Source: an uncultured Phycisphaerales bacterium
Lineage (GTDB): Bacteria > Planctomycetota > Phycisphaerae > Sedimentisphaerales > Anaerobacaceae
Assembly (NCBI GenBank): GCA_963772725.1
Contig: CAVYYI010000003.1
Span: forward strand, 320,001 to 384,000
Length of the DNA stretch: 64,000 nucleotides
Direction: 5' to 3'
Positions within the stretch are counted from its first letter, which is position 1; each line of letters opens with the position of its first letter. The position numbers and the translations under genes were made by a program. Under the pieces are notes generated by a model, which searched no databases, was not told where the DNA came from, and worked only from the letters and a program-made list of their open reading frames with translations. Below, piece after piece: positions 43,721 to 54,699 of the stretch.

Positions 43721-43882
43721 GAAGAAAAAGCGGGTTTGAAAAAAATATTGTTAAAATAGGGAAAATATGAAATGGCAAAATAATTGTCAGTTATGAATAG
43801 AGAGGCGAAAGGTTATTTTGTACCTACCAAACAATTCCCTGGTGTTTTATATTAGCTGAACAGCTGAATAAGTTTTCAATTA

Positions 43883-45274
43883 TTACTTACCTGGTGTTGG
43901 GGACTTTTGCGTTTCAAGATTAACATAAATGCCAATATCTTTGGGAATTTTTTCACCCGCAGTCAAATTCATCAATCCGCCATCATCCTCGCGGTCATCG
44001 CTGGTACTGTATATGGTATAGCCTTTCGGGTTTTGTTTGTACAGAAGAGGCTTACCGGTGAAAGGGTCGAGCGGAATAATATCTATGTACTTAGGCACAA
44101 GCTTATCAATAGAATCAGGCGGTTTGCCAAAGTCGATTTGATAGCGTTTTAGAGCAACAGCCAGCATAATACTTCGTACTATAGCGTGTGTTTCGGCATT
44201 TATGCGAATAAAAGCGGCACCAGTTGAAACAAATCTGTTCGATTTTTGCGGAGTTTGTGAGATATATCTCTGTGTCAGGTCGAGCGGCCCGGGCCAATCA
44301 CGTTGTGACGCTGTTATCAGTTCCGCGACATCTTTGAAATATTGTATGGATTTTTGTCTTATTCGGAACCTTGCCCATTGTGTGCCGGGCAGAAGCAGCC
44401 GTTCAGGCTGTTCGGGAACTACATTTTTCAAGAATTTATCGTAAACATCCTGCGGAACAAGGTTTGCCCCTATCTCTATCTGGCGTACCCGCTCGCACAA
44501 AAACATTTTGTGTAAAATATCCGGAGGCATTACTTCAGCGAGAGTTTTCTGAAGTTTTATTAACGAATTTTCCGAAAGTTTTGTCCGTTCGAGCAGGAGC
44601 CGCGTCTCTTCGCAAGCAATAATAGTAAATTCACGTTTTGCGGCAGTGATAAACATAGTCGGAGTCGAATCAAATATTCGAAGCATTTTTAACATACTTA
44701 CCAGCGAATTCGCGGCGTCGTCTCCTTTATTGTTTGAAATCTGGTCAAGTGTCCTCATTGACGAAACCCAAAATATGGTACTTATCTGTTCCAAAGCACC
44801 TTGAGATTTCTTCATTCCGCCATCGATACCGATGTTGAAATAAGCCAGTGGAAGAGATGCTGCCCTGTCCAGTTTGTCAAACACCGGCTGAAAAGCCGTC
44901 AGGATTTGAGAGATTTGTTTTCGCATATCCGCTGGAAACTGGTCAGGAGCCCCGGAAGCCAGACTATTCAAATAAAAAACGTTAATTTTCGCAAGGCCTG
45001 CGATGTCATTAGTGCTCACGTTTGATATCGCTCCAGCGTAGTAACTTTCCGCGGCGTTGCTTGCGTTCTTTGCGGTAATATTTGTCCACCAGTCTGAAAA
45101 AGTCAGCGGCTCGTTAGCTTCTTTTATCTTTACGATTTCAGAGCCTAACTTTTTACCCATGATATAACCGGCGGCCATAACACCGATGAGCATTATTATA
45201 GCGGCGCAAATCAGCCACAGAACTATGCGCCGCCACAGAGGCAGCGGCTGTTTTGTTTTTAATTCATTATTCAT
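43883..45274 (-). CDS. Membrane-anchored hypothetical protein with GspG-like C-terminal motif
   Basis: N-terminal TM; ALKRYQIDFGKPPDSIDKLVPKY..LDPFTGKPLLY..YS..D..DDGG. Confidence 0.65.
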   Translation of the reverse strand: MNNELKTKQPLPLWRRIVLWLICAAIIMLIGVMAAGYIMGKKLGSEIVKIKEANEPLTFSDWWTNITAKNASNAAESYYAGAISNVSTNDIAGLAKINVFYLNSLASGAPDQFPADMRKQISQILTAFQPVFDKLDRAASLPLAYFNIGIDGGMKKSQGALEQISTIFWVSSMRTLDQISNNKGDDAANSLVSMLKMLRIFDSTPTMFITAAKREFTIIACEETRLLLERTKLSENSLIKLQKTLAEVMPPDILHKMFLCERVRQIEIGANLVPQDVYDKFLKNVVPEQPERLLLPGTQWARFRIRQKSIQYFKDVAELITASQRDWPGPLDLTQRYISQTPQKSNRFVSTGAAFIRINAETHAIVRSIMLAVALKRYQIDFGKPPDSIDKLVPKYIDIIPLDPFTGKPLLYKQNPKGYTIYSTSDDREDDGGLMNLTAGEKIPKDIGIYVNLETQKSPTPGK

Positions 45275-46568
45275 ATTTGATATTGAGTTCCTTTACTGCC
45301 TGTGATTTTATCAATTTTCCGACATCAATTACAGAAGATTTACCGCTGAAACCGGCTGAAAATTCTTTATTTTTTATCAGTACAAATGCGTCTTCATAGG
45401 TGTGCTTTCCAGTAAATACGCCTCTGCCGCTAAGCTCCTTGGCTGTTATCGCACCTTTTAAGTTAAAACCTTTTTCGGCTATGAGTATTAAATCCGGCGC
45501 GTTTTCAAGATAAGGCCCCGAATAAACATCCTGCTTTCTGAAGATATATCTTATGACTTTTTTGCCGTCTATCTGCAGAGAGGCAAAAATGTTTTCGAGC
45601 TGCTTGACCAATGTTTCAACATCTTGTCGCTCTACATCGCCTTGCGGGTATTTATTTTTTCGGTTTATGTAGATTCGCCCCGGGTCCATCGCAAACGCTT
45701 TTGTCCCGCGGTCGATATTGAGCTGTGCCGGCGGGGTAAATTTACTTAGCTTCAGCAGACCTTTATCGGCAAGAAGGTAATTTATATAGACCTCTTTGTC
45801 GAGTCTTTCAAAACCATGGTCGGACAACAAAATCAGGAAATCATCACCGGTCAGTCTCGAATAGATTTCGCCGATTACCTCATCGACTTTTTTGAAGTGG
45901 TCAAGGAAGAATTTGTGATATTTGTGGCTTGCGTCTTCGTATGCATTCCAGAGGAAATGCATCAGCCTGTCTGTCTCAGTAAAAACAAACATAAAATTCT
46001 GCCATTCCTGATTTTCCCAGAGATACCTGTACGCCTGTATTCGCGAGTCGAGCGTTTTTTCCACGTCACGCAAAAACATATCCATCGACTTATGCGCCTG
46101 CTGAGAATCGACATCAAGATGATAGTTAATGCTTTGCAGTTCAGGTATTAAGGACTGCGGGTAAATACTTCTTTCAAAATCTATGGAGACAAACCCTGAA
46201 ATATGAACTCCATTCATTTGTCTGACCGGATAAGTTGATGGAACATTTATTATTATAGATTTATTTTTAGCGCTCTCCCAGAATGGCAGGGCTTTGAGGT
46301 CGTCATAGCTTGGAAATCGCATTTTGTATGAGCCTGGCTGCAAATCGACAAATCCGAAAATTCCGTGTTCAGCGGGATTAACGCCCGTAATTATTGAAGA
46401 CCACGCGACGCATGATATTTCGGGAATAGCCGAGCGAATAGGTGAAAAAAAACCCTCTTTGATTATTCTGCTGGTGTGCGGCATAACGCCGCTTTCGGTA
46501 AAATCCTTCAACATTGAAAACGGGACGCCATCCAGGCCTATTATCACGGTTTTTGCGGTTTTGGTCAT
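45267..46568 (-). CDS. Alkaline phosphatase superfamily, type I phosphodiesterase/nucleotide pyrophosphatase-like
   Basis: IIGLDG, S..AWSSIITG.NP..HGIFGF, TDRLMH, LSDHGF, PDL, G.H. Confidence 0.85.
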   Translation of the reverse strand: MTKTAKTVIIGLDGVPFSMLKDFTESGVMPHTSRIIKEGFFSPIRSAIPEISCVAWSSIITGVNPAEHGIFGFVDLQPGSYKMRFPSYDDLKALPFWESAKNKSIIINVPSTYPVRQMNGVHISGFVSIDFERSIYPQSLIPELQSINYHLDVDSQQAHKSMDMFLRDVEKTLDSRIQAYRYLWENQEWQNFMFVFTETDRLMHFLWNAYEDASHKYHKFFLDHFKKVDEVIGEIYSRLTGDDFLILLSDHGFERLDKEVYINYLLADKGLLKLSKFTPPAQLNIDRGTKAFAMDPGRIYINRKNKYPQGDVERQDVETLVKQLENIFASLQIDGKKVIRYIFRKQDVYSGPYLENAPDLILIAEKGFNLKGAITAKELSGRGVFTGKHTYEDAFVLIKNKEFSAGFSGKSSVIDVGKLIKSQAVKELNIKYE

Positions 46569-46569
46569 A

Positions 46570-47806
46570 TCATTTCATCAAAGTAATTATTCCACCAGCG
46601 CAGATGTTATCCCCCTGAACAAGAACAAAGCGTCCCAGTTCCTCAACGTCATTGAAATTTTTTACACACACCGGCTTTTTGGTTTTGATAATGACTTGTC
46701 CAACCTCGAGATTTTTTATTACGTCAGCGTTTTCTTCTATAATTTCGAGCGTCGAGGAATTGATTCTTTTATTAATGCTTTCTATTTTACAGCTTGATTC
46801 CTGAGTTGCGCATCTGAAGGTAAGTTTCTGTTCCCTGTTAAAATCCTGCCGGGTCATCCAGAACATATTTGCCGAAACTCTGTCGGTCAAAACCGGTTCA
46901 CTGCCTTCAAGGCAGATGACGTTGCCGCGGTCGAGAAAGACCGAATCAGTCGTTGTGACGCCGATACATTCACCGGCGACGGCTTTATCTGTTGTCGCGG
47001 GAAATTTTTCTATCGACTTAACGGTTGTTATCTGTCCGCCTGGCAGGATTTTTATTCTCATCCCTTTTTGAATGACGCCTGATTCCACCCTGCCGGCGTT
47101 TATTCTTTTGTCATCAATCTTGTAGATGTCCTGAATCGGAAAAATCAAAGGCTTGTCTCTGGGTGACAGTTTATTTTTTAAGGTATCGAGACTCTCCAGG
47201 AACGTCGGACCGCTGTACCATTTCATATTTTCAGATTTGCGCGATATTTTCACCAAGCATAGCAGCAATCGGGATATAAAATAACGGCTCGGTATTTATC
47301 GATTTCAAAAACTGCCGGACATCATTTTTGACCGCTTCAAACCGCTCCTGTGAGAAGCCCACGAGGTCCATTTTATTAAGAACCACAACGACCTGCTTAA
47401 GCCCGAGCAGCGAAAGCATATATGAATGACGTTTTGTCTGTTCTTTGACGCCTTCGACAACATCGACAATAAGCACAGCCGCTTCGGCCTGGCTTGCGCC
47501 GGTAATCATATTCTTAACAAACTCCACGTGCCCCGGTGCATCGATAATCACATAACGCCTTGTCTGCGTTTTGAAGAAAACCTGCGTTGTGTCAATGGTG
47601 ATTCCCTGTTTGCGTTCCTCTTCGAGATGGTTGAGCAAATAGGCAAACTCGGTTTGTTTGCCCTGGCCGCTCGAAACTTTTTCCATCTCCACTATTTTGT
47701 CCGGCGGCAGCGAGTTAGTGTCGTAAAGCAGCCTTCCAATCAAGGTCGATTTCCCATGGTCAACATGGCCTACTATAACAAAACTTAAAGTCATCTCCTG
47801 CATCAT
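46570..47806 (-). CDS. cysN: Sulfate adenylyltransferase GTPase subunit (no APS kinase domain); frameshift near 47240
   Basis: [41 protein letters not shown]; adjacent to cysD. Confidence 0.85.
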
Positions 47807-47819
47807 CTTTATATCCCGT

Positions 47820-48662
47820 TCAATTGAATAGTTTTACAAGGGTTGTAATTCCCAGGGCTATCGTAAGAAAAGCAATTGCCAAATTCAGTTTTTTCGCTGT
47901 CATCGCTTTTACACTTTTAGCAGCCAGCGGAACAGAAAAAACAGCTCCAAGAGTAATCCAGAAAGTCAGCATCCAGTGGCAGGGATTTTTCGCGACAAAC
48001 ATATACATCAGCACGCCGACAAGGCAGGTCAATCCTTCGGCCAGTGATGTTATTCCTATTGCGCTTTTACCTTCGACTCCTGACAAAATCTGTCCGCTTG
48101 TAACCAAAGGGCCATAACCGCCGCCGCTCATCCCTTTATTAAAGGAGGCCACGACGCCGAGCATTATGATTTTTTTCCACGAAAATCTGAACTGTTTATT
48201 GATACATACCAGTATGATTATTCCCATCGAGAGAACCAGGCAGCCGATATAAATTCCGAGCCAGAATTTCGGTATATTTACTGCCACAAAAACGGCGATT
48301 ACTGTTCCAACTATGCTGCAGACCGCCAGAAGTATGGCAACCTTTAGATGGGGCGGGGTACCCTGCTTAAAACTCTCAATATAGCCGAGAGATTTCAGCC
48401 TGCTGATAATAACTGATACGTTAGTTGTATGCGGCTTCAGGTTGACGTTTCCTTCACGGTGATGAAAAAATGCCGCCAGTAATCCTGTAATCAGTTCGGA
48501 AAACAAAACGGCGGGAACAATCTGCATAGGATTGAATCCAAATAACATTAAGACCGGCGTCAGCGTCGTACCATAACCCATACCCAGCGTGGAATCCATA
48601 TACTCGCACAAAAATGCGGTTATAATTATCGCGATGATGACCCAGATTGATAGTGTTATCAT
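47820..48662 (-). CDS. TauE/SafE-family sulfite exporter
   Basis: [10 protein letters not shown] and GMSGGGYGP repeats, multi-TM. Confidence 0.85.
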   Translation of the reverse strand: MITLSIWVIIAIIITAFLCEYMDSTLGMGYGTTLTPVLMLFGFNPMQIVPAVLFSELITGLLAAFFHHREGNVNLKPHTTNVSVIISRLKSLGYIESFKQGTPPHLKVAILLAVCSIVGTVIAVFVAVNIPKFWLGIYIGCLVLSMGIIILVCINKQFRFSWKKIIMLGVVASFNKGMSGGGYGPLVTSGQILSGVEGKSAIGITSLAEGLTCLVGVLMYMFVAKNPCHWMLTFWITLGAVFSVPLAAKSVKAMTAKKLNLAIAFLTIALGITTLVKLFN

Positions 48663-48686
48663 TTCTACTGTCTGATTAACAATTCG

Positions 48687-49498
48687 CTACATGTAACCAA
48701 GAGAACGCAGTTTCTGCATCATATAGTCGTCTTCCTTGTCCTGAGCACGGCCGCTTCTCTCAGAAACCAGCGAGCTTTTTAATTCTTCGACAATCTTATC
48801 TATGGTATCGGCATTTGAGTCCACAGGTGAACAGCATGTTTCGCAGCCGATACTGCGGAAACGTTTGCCGTTTTTAGCGAAATACAGGTCGGTAATCGGA
48901 ATATCTTCGCGCTTTATATACTCCCAGATATCCAACTCTCGCCAGCCAAGCAGAGGATGAACGCGGATATGCTCCTCCTGCGCAGCTTTTGTCTTATACT
49001 GGTCCCACAGTTCCGGCGGCTGATTCTTATAGTCCCATTCGAAATCCTCGTCTCTTGGACTAAAAACCCTTTCCTTGCGCGAATGCCGTGTTCGTCCCTT
49101 CTGATGCCGAGATATAACGCCTTAAAACCATATTTGGCGATGGCTTGTTTCAACGCAACAGTTTTAAGCTCATTACAGCAATCGAATTTTCCTTTGTCGG
49201 GTCCTACGCCTCTGTTCAATGCTTCTTCATTCCTGGCGACAATGAGATTCAGCCCCCATTCCCTGGCATATTTTTCTCTGAACTGATAAATCTCCTTAAA
49301 CTTATAAGAGGTGTCTATGTGAAGAACAGGAAACGGAATCCTGCCGAAAAAGGCCTTTCTTATCAGCCAGAGCATGGTTGTGGAATCCTTGCCTATCGAC
49401 CAGAGCATCGCGACGTTGCGGAACTGGCTGTAAGCCTCCCTGATAATGAAAATGCTTTGGTTTTCCAGTTTGTCTAAATGATTTATTTCAGAACTCAT
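48687..49498 (-). CDS. cysD: Sulfate adenylyltransferase subunit 2; frameshift near 49068
   Basis: LE..SI.IIREA, WSIGKDS, HIDT..KF, GIRRDE, ERSGRAQDK, LRSLGYM. Confidence 0.9.
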
Positions 49499-49624
49499 TC
49501 TTGCATCTGCTCCAAAATGAACAGGTTATATAAAAAAGCATTATACTAAAATCAGAAACGAAAGTCTAACAGTAAAATAGATTTGCGGAAGTGTGGGCGG
49601 AACTCGTGATTAATGCGTAAATAA

Positions 49625-50068
49625 TTAATAATCTGCAAATGGTACGCCCTTTGAATCTTTTCCCGGCCAGTCAATCTTGAAGTCTCTGGTTGTCGGATTA
49701 TAAATCCAGCCACCTTCGCCGGTCGCAACAGGTGTTATCGTGTCGGAAACTACATTTATCGATTTGAGCTTGTTAAAAGGATTTTCCGGCAGATTGTTTA
49801 TATATTTCCCATCTCTGATTAACTGAGCCCAGAATACCGTAAAGCCTGGAGATTTGGATGTATCATTACGCAGATAACCCGGAGGAACACCCCCATTTTT
49901 GCCTGTGTACACCTCTATTATGTTCCGCATTATCCTAAGCGTGTCCTTTGCGGAGGTTTCTTTGGCTTCTGTTATGTGATTTTTAATGACAGGGAGGATT
50001 ATCGCAGCAGCAATGCCGAGAATTGCGACAACTATCATAATTTCAATAAATGTAAAAGCTTTTTTCAT
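49625..50068 (-). CDS. Type II secretion pseudopilin / type IV pilin-like protein (GspG-like)
   Basis: MKKAFTFIEIMIVVAILGI class III signal; LPENPF, GGWIYN. Confidence 0.82.
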   Translation of the reverse strand: MKKAFTFIEIMIVVAILGIAAAIILPVIKNHITEAKETSAKDTLRIMRNIIEVYTGKNGGVPPGYLRNDTSKSPGFTVFWAQLIRDGKYINNLPENPFNKLKSINVVSDTITPVATGEGGWIYNPTTRDFKIDWPGKDSKGVPFADY

Positions 50069-50245
50069 AGTACTATAGCACTTCGGTCTCTTCATCAAAC
50101 CATCCGCCATTTGATTACATCGTCAGTTTTATTGGGTAATTTTAATGAAAATACATACATTGGATTCTCAGTTGTCCCGCCAGAGTTATCTATAATGACT
50201 AAAAGGCTATTATAGGACTTAGCCGTCAGCTAATAAAACTTTTAC

Positions 50246-50274
50246 TTGAAAAAACGACCGTTTTATGGTATCTT
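50246..50274 (+). promoter_or_regulatory. sigma70-type promoter for the subtilase gene
   Basis: TTGAAA-N17-TATCTT with TG extension. Confidence 0.5.
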
Positions 50275-50353
50275 GATATTAGCCTTTTAGCAGCAGGGAA
50301 TCGCAGGCTGAAGTACTCCCAGGGATTTGGGTGTTTTTTTCCTGTAAACGAGG

Positions 50354-52126
50354 ATGGTAATGGCGGCGTGGGTCGAAAATTTGTTTTATAAGGCTTTGCC
50401 AGCCTGTGCGGTGATGTTGTTTGCAGTTGTAACCACCTTTGCTGAATCGTCTGTGCCGCAAATTGCTGAACCGCAGCAGCCTGAATTGCTCAATTACGCG
50501 GGCATTGATGCATTGAAAAAACTCTCGCCGGAACTTACCGGCAGCGGTGTGAAAATAGCTGTTGTGTGCCGAAGTAATACATACCAGGACGGCCTACCGC
50601 AGAACGATTACTTTCCGAACATTTCACACAATTGTTTCGCGAACAGGCAGTTCAATATTTACGATAATGGCAAACTGCAGGGTGGCGTTTCGGGTCATTC
50701 GACTGCGATTTGCTCAATTCTGTTCGGCGAAGACCCCAACGCTTTTAACCCCCAACTCGGGCATTTCAATTATCTCGGCATAGTACCTCAGGCTGCGGGG
50801 GATGTTTATGAGTTCTGGTATTTTTTGACTGATAAGGTGTTGACACATCAACCGCCGGAGGCTGATATTTTAACGGCAAGTTTCGGCAGTCAGTTTGAAG
50901 ACTGGTGGACGCGAGGCATTGATTCAATGGCTGAGAATCGCGGCCTGATAGTTATCGCGAGCATCGGCAATGGTACAAACGCGTATGACCCGCCGCTATA
51001 TCCCGGCGCCGGCGCCAACGCTATTGCCGTTGGTATTGTTAATTCCGTGGATACGAACGAAGTTAATACTTCTTTGTCGAATTTTTCTCTTGCTTATCCT
51101 GAGCATTCGAGCTGCGGGCCAACAAGCGATGGACGCTGCAAGCCGGACATCGTAACAGCGGGCAACTGTCTTGTCGCCGATGAGAATGAGCCGAACGGAT
51201 ATAAACCTGCCGGAAACTGGTCGAGTTTTTCCACACCGATTGTGACTGGGGTAACGGCGCTTCTGGTGCAGGCTGCTAAGCAGGACCCGAATCTGAGTAT
51301 GGCGGTTTCCAAAAACGGCGGCAACAGCGTGATGAAAGCCATTATACTTAATTCAGCGATAAAACTGCCTTATTGGCACAAGGGCCTGCCCGGAAAGGAT
51401 GATGACCATACGGCGCCTTTGGATTATCTGCAGGGGGCCGGGGTGTTAAATGCCGTCGGCGCTTATGAGCAGCTTACGGCAATGCAGCATGCCCCTGGTG
51501 AAATCGCAGCGGCGGGATGGGACAATAATGTCCTCGACGGAGATAATACTCCAGCAAACACATATAAAATAGATATTGGCGAACCTTCGTGCAGAATTAT
51601 CACCGCTACCATCGCATGGAACCGGCACTATGATAATGAATATCCGTTTGATGCAATGCCGGAAAAAGACGCTAACCTCAGACTGGAACTGTGGGCGGTT
51701 GACCCCTGCGAGGCGGGAAGGAATTATCTGCTCGATTACAGCGACAGTAATGTGGATAATGTCGAACATATTTATACTCAGGCGGACGCGAATTTCACTA
51801 ATTATGAGCTGGTAGTAACTTACGGCATAGCGGAGGCGAACCTCGCTTGGACGGCACAGCGGTACGGCGCGGCGTGGAACATCAGCGGGTTACCAGCCAG
51901 TGCCGAGGAGACCTCACTGGATTCGGATATTCGCTGGTATGACCTCAACGGCGACGGAGTTGTGGATAAATATGATTTTGATATTTTGTTCATGAATATG
52001 CTGACCAGTATGGAGTCGCCGGGAAGTTATTTGCTGGGCGATCTCAACAGTGACGGAAAAATCAATTTTGACGACATCAATATTTTAATTGGCCACATCA
52101 ATCTCAAGGCTGACTGGAAAGAGTAA
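50354..52126 (+). CDS. S8 subtilisin-like peptidase with C-terminal dockerin-like domain
   Basis: TGSGVKIAVV, GHSTAI, SIGNG, SSCGPT.DGR.KPDIV, SSFSTPIVTG, QGAG; DLNGDGVVD and GDLNSDGKINFDD. Confidence 0.85.
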   Translation: MVMAAWVENLFYKALPACAVMLFAVVTTFAESSVPQIAEPQQPELLNYAGIDALKKLSPELTGSGVKIAVVCRSNTYQDGLPQNDYFPNISHNCFANRQFNIYDNGKLQGGVSGHSTAICSILFGEDPNAFNPQLGHFNYLGIVPQAAGDVYEFWYFLTDKVLTHQPPEADILTASFGSQFEDWWTRGIDSMAENRGLIVIASIGNGTNAYDPPLYPGAGANAIAVGIVNSVDTNEVNTSLSNFSLAYPEHSSCGPTSDGRCKPDIVTAGNCLVADENEPNGYKPAGNWSSFSTPIVTGVTALLVQAAKQDPNLSMAVSKNGGNSVMKAIILNSAIKLPYWHKGLPGKDDDHTAPLDYLQGAGVLNAVGAYEQLTAMQHAPGEIAAAGWDNNVLDGDNTPANTYKIDIGEPSCRIITATIAWNRHYDNEYPFDAMPEKDANLRLELWAVDPCEAGRNYLLDYSDSNVDNVEHIYTQADANFTNYELVVTYGIAEANLAWTAQRYGAAWNISGLPASAEETSLDSDIRWYDLNGDGVVDKYDFDILFMNMLTSMESPGSYLLGDLNSDGKINFDDINILIGHINLKADWKE

Positions 52127-52225
52127 GCTCAAATAAAAATTAAAAACTGCGGAATTATTCTTTCGTCTGGATGTTATTTTATGACGTTTATATTTTACAA
52201 AACCAATCGTCTTACTGCATACAGC

Positions 52226-52258
52226 AAAAAGACCAGCAAACACAATTGATTGCTGGTC
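52226..52258 (-). terminator. Intrinsic terminator downstream of tRNA-Asp
   Basis: GACCAGCAA/TTGCTGGTC 9-bp stem followed by a T5 run on the minus strand. Confidence 0.7.
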
Positions 52259-52272
52259 AATGACTTACGTAA

Positions 52273-52346
52273 CGAGGCCGAAGGGGTTCGAACCCTCAAC
52301 CTTCGGATCGACAGTCCGATGCTCTAGCCAATTGAGCTACGGCCCC
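52273..52346 (-). tRNA. tRNA-Asp(GTC), CCA not encoded
   Basis: GGGGCCG/CGGCCTC acceptor stem, D-arm AGCTCAATTGGCTAGAGC, anticodon arm TCGGA-CTGTCGA-TCCGA, GGTTCGAA T-loop. Confidence 0.96.
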
Positions 52347-52365
52347 GTAACTTCCAGAGAACAGC

Positions 52366-52395
52366 TTTATAGCATAGACCCCACTGTGCTGTCAA
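52366..52395 (-). promoter_or_regulatory. sigma70-type promoter for tRNA-Asp
   Basis: Minus strand TTGACA-N18-TATAAA with TG extension, ~20 nt upstream of the tRNA. Confidence 0.65.
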
Positions 52396-52440
52396 CAATT
52401 TTATCTGTTAAAAATCTGCCAAAATGATATAAATATAGCT

Positions 52441-53157
52441 ATGAGATTTCAATTTATAGTTTGTAAGGTGATGCAGAAAGAGGCGTATCTGTGCGCCGCG
52501 AGGTCGAAGAACGCCGTCGATGTGGTCTTGATGCCTCAGGGTCTGCACAATGAGCCGGAAAAACTTCGTAACGAGGTGCAGAAAGCACTGGAGCGGACTG
52601 CCGATTTACAGGGGCAACCTTATGACGCCTCACTGCTTGGTTATGGCTTATGCAGTAATGGCATTGTTGGTCTTACCGCCCAAATCCCCATTGTTGTTCC
52701 TCGCGGTCACGACTGTATTACGCTTCTGCTCGGCTCGAAAGACACATATCAGAAGTATTTCGATTCACATAAAGGCGTTTACTGGTACAGCCCGGGCTGG
52801 ATAGAAACCGACACGATGCCGGGTAAAGAGCGTTATGAAAAGACAATGCAGGAATACCTTCGCAAATACGGCCACGAAAACGCGCAATATCTTATGGAAA
52901 CCGAGCAGGGCTGGATGAAACAATACAATTGGGCAACTTATATTGACTGGGAATTGGCCAATTCCGAAAAAGACAAGGAATTCACGAAAAAATGCGCAGA
53001 ATATCTCGGCTGGAGCTACGATGAACTCAAGGCCGACGCGAGTTTAATGCAGAGACTTGTTGACGGACTCTGGGACAATAACGAATTTCTCGTTGTTACG
53101 CCTGGGCAAAAAATCAAAGAAGACCTTACAAATCAGGGAATTATAAAAGCTGAGTAA
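52441..53157 (+). CDS. DUF1638-family protein
   Basis: GLHNEP, LLGYGLCSNG, HDCITLLLGS, YSPGW. Confidence 0.8.
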   Translation: MRFQFIVCKVMQKEAYLCAARSKNAVDVVLMPQGLHNEPEKLRNEVQKALERTADLQGQPYDASLLGYGLCSNGIVGLTAQIPIVVPRGHDCITLLLGSKDTYQKYFDSHKGVYWYSPGWIETDTMPGKERYEKTMQEYLRKYGHENAQYLMETEQGWMKQYNWATYIDWELANSEKDKEFTKKCAEYLGWSYDELKADASLMQRLVDGLWDNNEFLVVTPGQKIKEDLTNQGIIKAE

Positions 53158-53159
53158 CA

Positions 53160-54107
53160 ATGACACCTTTTGAAAAAATAGCTCTCCTGATGCTAATAGC
53201 TCTGACGCTGCTGGCGACTTTGTACGCGGCGGAATTATTTTTGCTTTTTTCCTTTATTCTTAATAGAATCCAAAAGAAGGGAAAACCCAATAAGTTTCTG
53301 AGTAAACCCGCGATATTAGCGCATATTCTCACGGTTATTACATTAGTGTGTTTAATATATAGTTTTTTTGTTGAGCCGTATTGGGTCGAGATTCACAATG
53401 TAAGAATTGAAACAAAAAAACTCAAAGCAGCCGGCCTGCGCGTTGTACAGATTTCGGATTTGCACTGTGATAAAAAAATAGTAAATGAAAAAAAACTCCC
53501 GCTGCTTATTAACCCCTTAAAGCCGGACATCATTGTTTTTACAGGCGATAGCCTCAATAGTCCAGAGGGATTGAATATCTTCAAAGATACGCTGAAAAGC
53601 CTCAAGGCGACAATAGGTAAATTTGCCGTCAGGGGCAATTTCGACGCGATGCAGTGGAACCACCTGGATTTGTTCAGCGGAACCGGCTTTGAATTGCTCG
53701 ACGATAAAAGTGTCTTGCTGCGAAAAAACGGCGAATCCTTCCGGATATCCGGCCTGGGCGCAAAACAAGATTCAATACCTCAAACTTTGTTAAAAGATAT
53801 TCCATCTGATTGTTACAGCATATTTCTGTATCATCTTCCGGATTTAGCGGAAAGTCTGGCAGGTACAAATATCGACCTGTATCTCGCCGGTCATACGCAC
53901 GGGGGACAGATTAACCTGCCGTTTTACGGAGCAATTATCACATTTTCAAAATTAGGTAAAAAATATGAGTCAGGTTTATATAAAATAGGCGATAAGATTC
54001 TTTACGTTAATCGCGGACTTGGACTCGAGGCGGGCTTTGCGCCGAAGGCGAGATTTCTGGCAAGGCCCGAGATAACCGTCTTTGACATTGAGCCTGAAAA
54101 AAAGTAA
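53160..54107 (+). CDS. Membrane-anchored metallophosphoesterase (YkuE-like)
   Basis: SDLH, TGD, RGN, LAGHTHGGQ, VNRGLG, PEI. Confidence 0.88.
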   Translation: MTPFEKIALLMLIALTLLATLYAAELFLLFSFILNRIQKKGKPNKFLSKPAILAHILTVITLVCLIYSFFVEPYWVEIHNVRIETKKLKAAGLRVVQISDLHCDKKIVNEKKLPLLINPLKPDIIVFTGDSLNSPEGLNIFKDTLKSLKATIGKFAVRGNFDAMQWNHLDLFSGTGFELLDDKSVLLRKNGESFRISGLGAKQDSIPQTLLKDIPSDCYSIFLYHLPDLAESLAGTNIDLYLAGHTHGGQINLPFYGAIITFSKLGKKYESGLYKIGDKILYVNRGLGLEAGFAPKARFLARPEITVFDIEPEKK

Positions 54108-54135
54108 AAGCAAATAACCTTAAGGAAAGTACATA

Positions 54136-54699
54136 ATGGAGTATATCCCTGTTATTTTTATAGCGATTGCCCTTTCGATGGACGCCTTTGCCGTCTCCAT
54201 CGTCAGCGGCAGCGTCTATAAACATCTCAAGATTCGGCATATTTTTCGAATGGCCGCTTTTTTCGGTGCTTTTCAGGCGATTATGCCTTTAATCGGCGCA
54301 CTGACCGGCGCGACTATAAAACAATATATAGAAGGATACGACCACTGGGTCGCCTTTGGAATACTGTCCGTCATTGGCGGAAAAATGCTCTACGAATCAT
54401 TCAAAATCAAATCCACTGAAAATAATTTTGACCCCGCGAATCTGGCCGTTCTATTTATCCTGGCGGTCGCGACAAGTATCGACGCTCTGGCGGTGGGAAT
54501 AACGCTTTCTCTGCTGAAGATTTCCATATTTATAACTGTGGCTATTATCGGTGTAATAACGTTTTGTCTTTCTTATGCGGGGGTTTATGTCGGCAGGGTA
54601 TTCGGACACTTTTTCGAGAATAAAATCGAGGCTGCCGGCGGAGGAGTTCTTATCGCCATCGGACTTAAAATTCTGCTTGAACATATTTACTATAACTAA
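54136..54699 (+). CDS. mntP: Manganese efflux pump MntP
   Basis: ALSMDAFAVS, FQAIMP, DHWVAF, ATSIDALAVG. Confidence 0.9.
   Translation: MEYIPVIFIAIALSMDAFAVSIVSGSVYKHLKIRHIFRMAAFFGAFQAIMPLIGALTGATIKQYIEGYDHWVAFGILSVIGGKMLYESFKIKSTENNFDPANLAVLFILAVATSIDALAVGITLSLLKISIFITVAIIGVITFCLSYAGVYVGRVFGHFFENKIEAAGGGVLIAIGLKILLEHIYYN

Noticed and set aside
46570..47806. Elongation factor (EF-Tu/EF-1A) call for the GTPase
   Set aside because: Its position next to cysD and its motif pattern favour CysN.
52127..52346. Genomic island integrated at tRNA-Asp
   Set aside because: No integrase and no duplicated tRNA 3' end seen in the window.
54108..54135. yybP-ykoY Mn riboswitch upstream of mntP
   Set aside because: The spacer is only 28 bp, leaving no room for the aptamer.
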